DNA of 64,000 nucleotides, taken from Hypanus sabinus (Eukaryota). The stretch is from contig NC_082719.1 of the NCBI RefSeq assembly GCF_030144855.1, forward strand, positions 31,434,001-31,498,000, written 5' to 3'. This document shows, in pieces, positions 63,187 through 64,000 of this stretch. The position numbers and the translations under genes were made by a program. A model generated the notes under the pieces. The model saw nothing but the letters and a program-made list of their open reading frames with translations. It had not been told where the DNA came from and ran no database searches. Positions within the stretch are counted from its first letter, which is position 1. Each line of letters begins with the position of its first letter.

Positions 63187-64000
63187 AACAACACACGCAA
63201 AATGCTGATGGAACACAGCAGGCCAGGCAGCATCTATAGGGAGAAGCGCTGTCGACGTTTCGAGCCGAGACCCTTCGTCAGGACTAAACTAAAGGAAAGA
63301 TAATAAGAGATTTGAAAGTAGGGGGGGAGGGGGAAATGCAAAATGATAGGAGAAGACCGGAGGGGGTGGGGTGAAGCTAAGAGCTGGAAAGGTGATTGGC
63401 AAAAGGGATACAGAGCTGGAGAAAGGAAAGGATCATGGAAAGGAATGGGAAGTGGAATTAAAATGTGTGGCCACTGGGAGATGCTGTTTCCTCTGGCGGA
63501 CCGAGCATAGGTGTTCAGTGAAATGGTCTCCCAGTCTGCGTCGGGTCTCACCAATATATAAAAGGCCACACCGGGAGCACCAGACACAGTATACCACCCC
63601 AGCCAACTCGCAGGCGAAGTGTTGCCTCACCTGGAAGGACTGTCTGGGGCCCTGAATGGTGGTGAGGGAGGAAGTGTAAGGGCAGGTGTAGCACTTGTTC
63701 CGTTTACAAGAATAAGTGCCAGGAGGGAGATCGGTGGGAAGGGATGGGGGGGGGGTCAAATGGACAAGGGAGTCGCGTAGGGAGTGATCCCTGCGAAAAG
63801 CAGAAGGGGGGGGGAGGGAAAAATGTGCTTGGTGGTGGGATCCCATTGGAGGTGGCGGAAGTTACGGAGAATTATACGTTGGACCTGGAGGCTGGTGGGG
63901 TGGTGGGGTGGTAGGTAAGGACAAGGGGAACCCTATCGCGAGTGGGGTGGCAAGTGGATGGGGTAAGGGCAGATGTGCGGGAAATGGGAGAGATGCGTTT
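63187..64000 (-). mobile_element. Penelope-like element (Neptune-type) 3' part, runs off the window
   Basis: 'CKRNKCYTC...VVYCVWCSRCGLLYIGETRRRLGDHFTEH...HFNS' Cys-rich linker + GIY-YIG; terminal repeat at 63187-63290; internal deletion near 63440. Confidence 0.93.
63251..63284 (-). ncRNA. Minimal type I hammerhead ribozyme motif, intact core
   Basis: RNA: GUC-CUGACGA-AGGGUCUCGGCUC-GAAAC-GUC-GAC; canonical GUC triplet, 3-bp stem I, no loop III. Confidence 0.8.

Overview
Repeat-dense, AT-rich vertebrate DNA. The repeat complement (CR1 LINEs with SGNH-esterase ORF1, Rex/Babar LINEs, Penelope-like elements, V-domain tRNA SINEs) suggests a cartilaginous fish, probably a ray; this is inference. 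There is no intact multi-exon gene; most listed ORFs are fragments or alternative frames of decayed transposable elements, and the rest are unsupported short ORFs. One candidate terminal coding exon lies at 3826-3946. Repeats include many CR1 and Rex/Babar fragments (often nested), RTE fragments, a solo LTR with a 5-bp TSD, a hAT-in-hAT nest, two hAT MITEs and a Tc1 derivative. More than ten Penelope-like (PLE, GIY-YIG) insertions are present. The most interesting signal is in the PLE 3' repeats, which carry an ultra-minimal type I hammerhead ribozyme motif with no loop III (intact at 46119-46156 and 63251-63284). Short fold-back PLE insertions with ~15-bp TSDs repeatedly invert or truncate at that motif. 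Also notable are a ~250-bp old palindrome with let-7-like seeds on both strands (23198-23445) and a 230-bp-period repeat fused to the 5' end of a LINE (20704-21013). Boundaries of old repeats are approximate (tens of bp) unless a TSD or TIR is cited.
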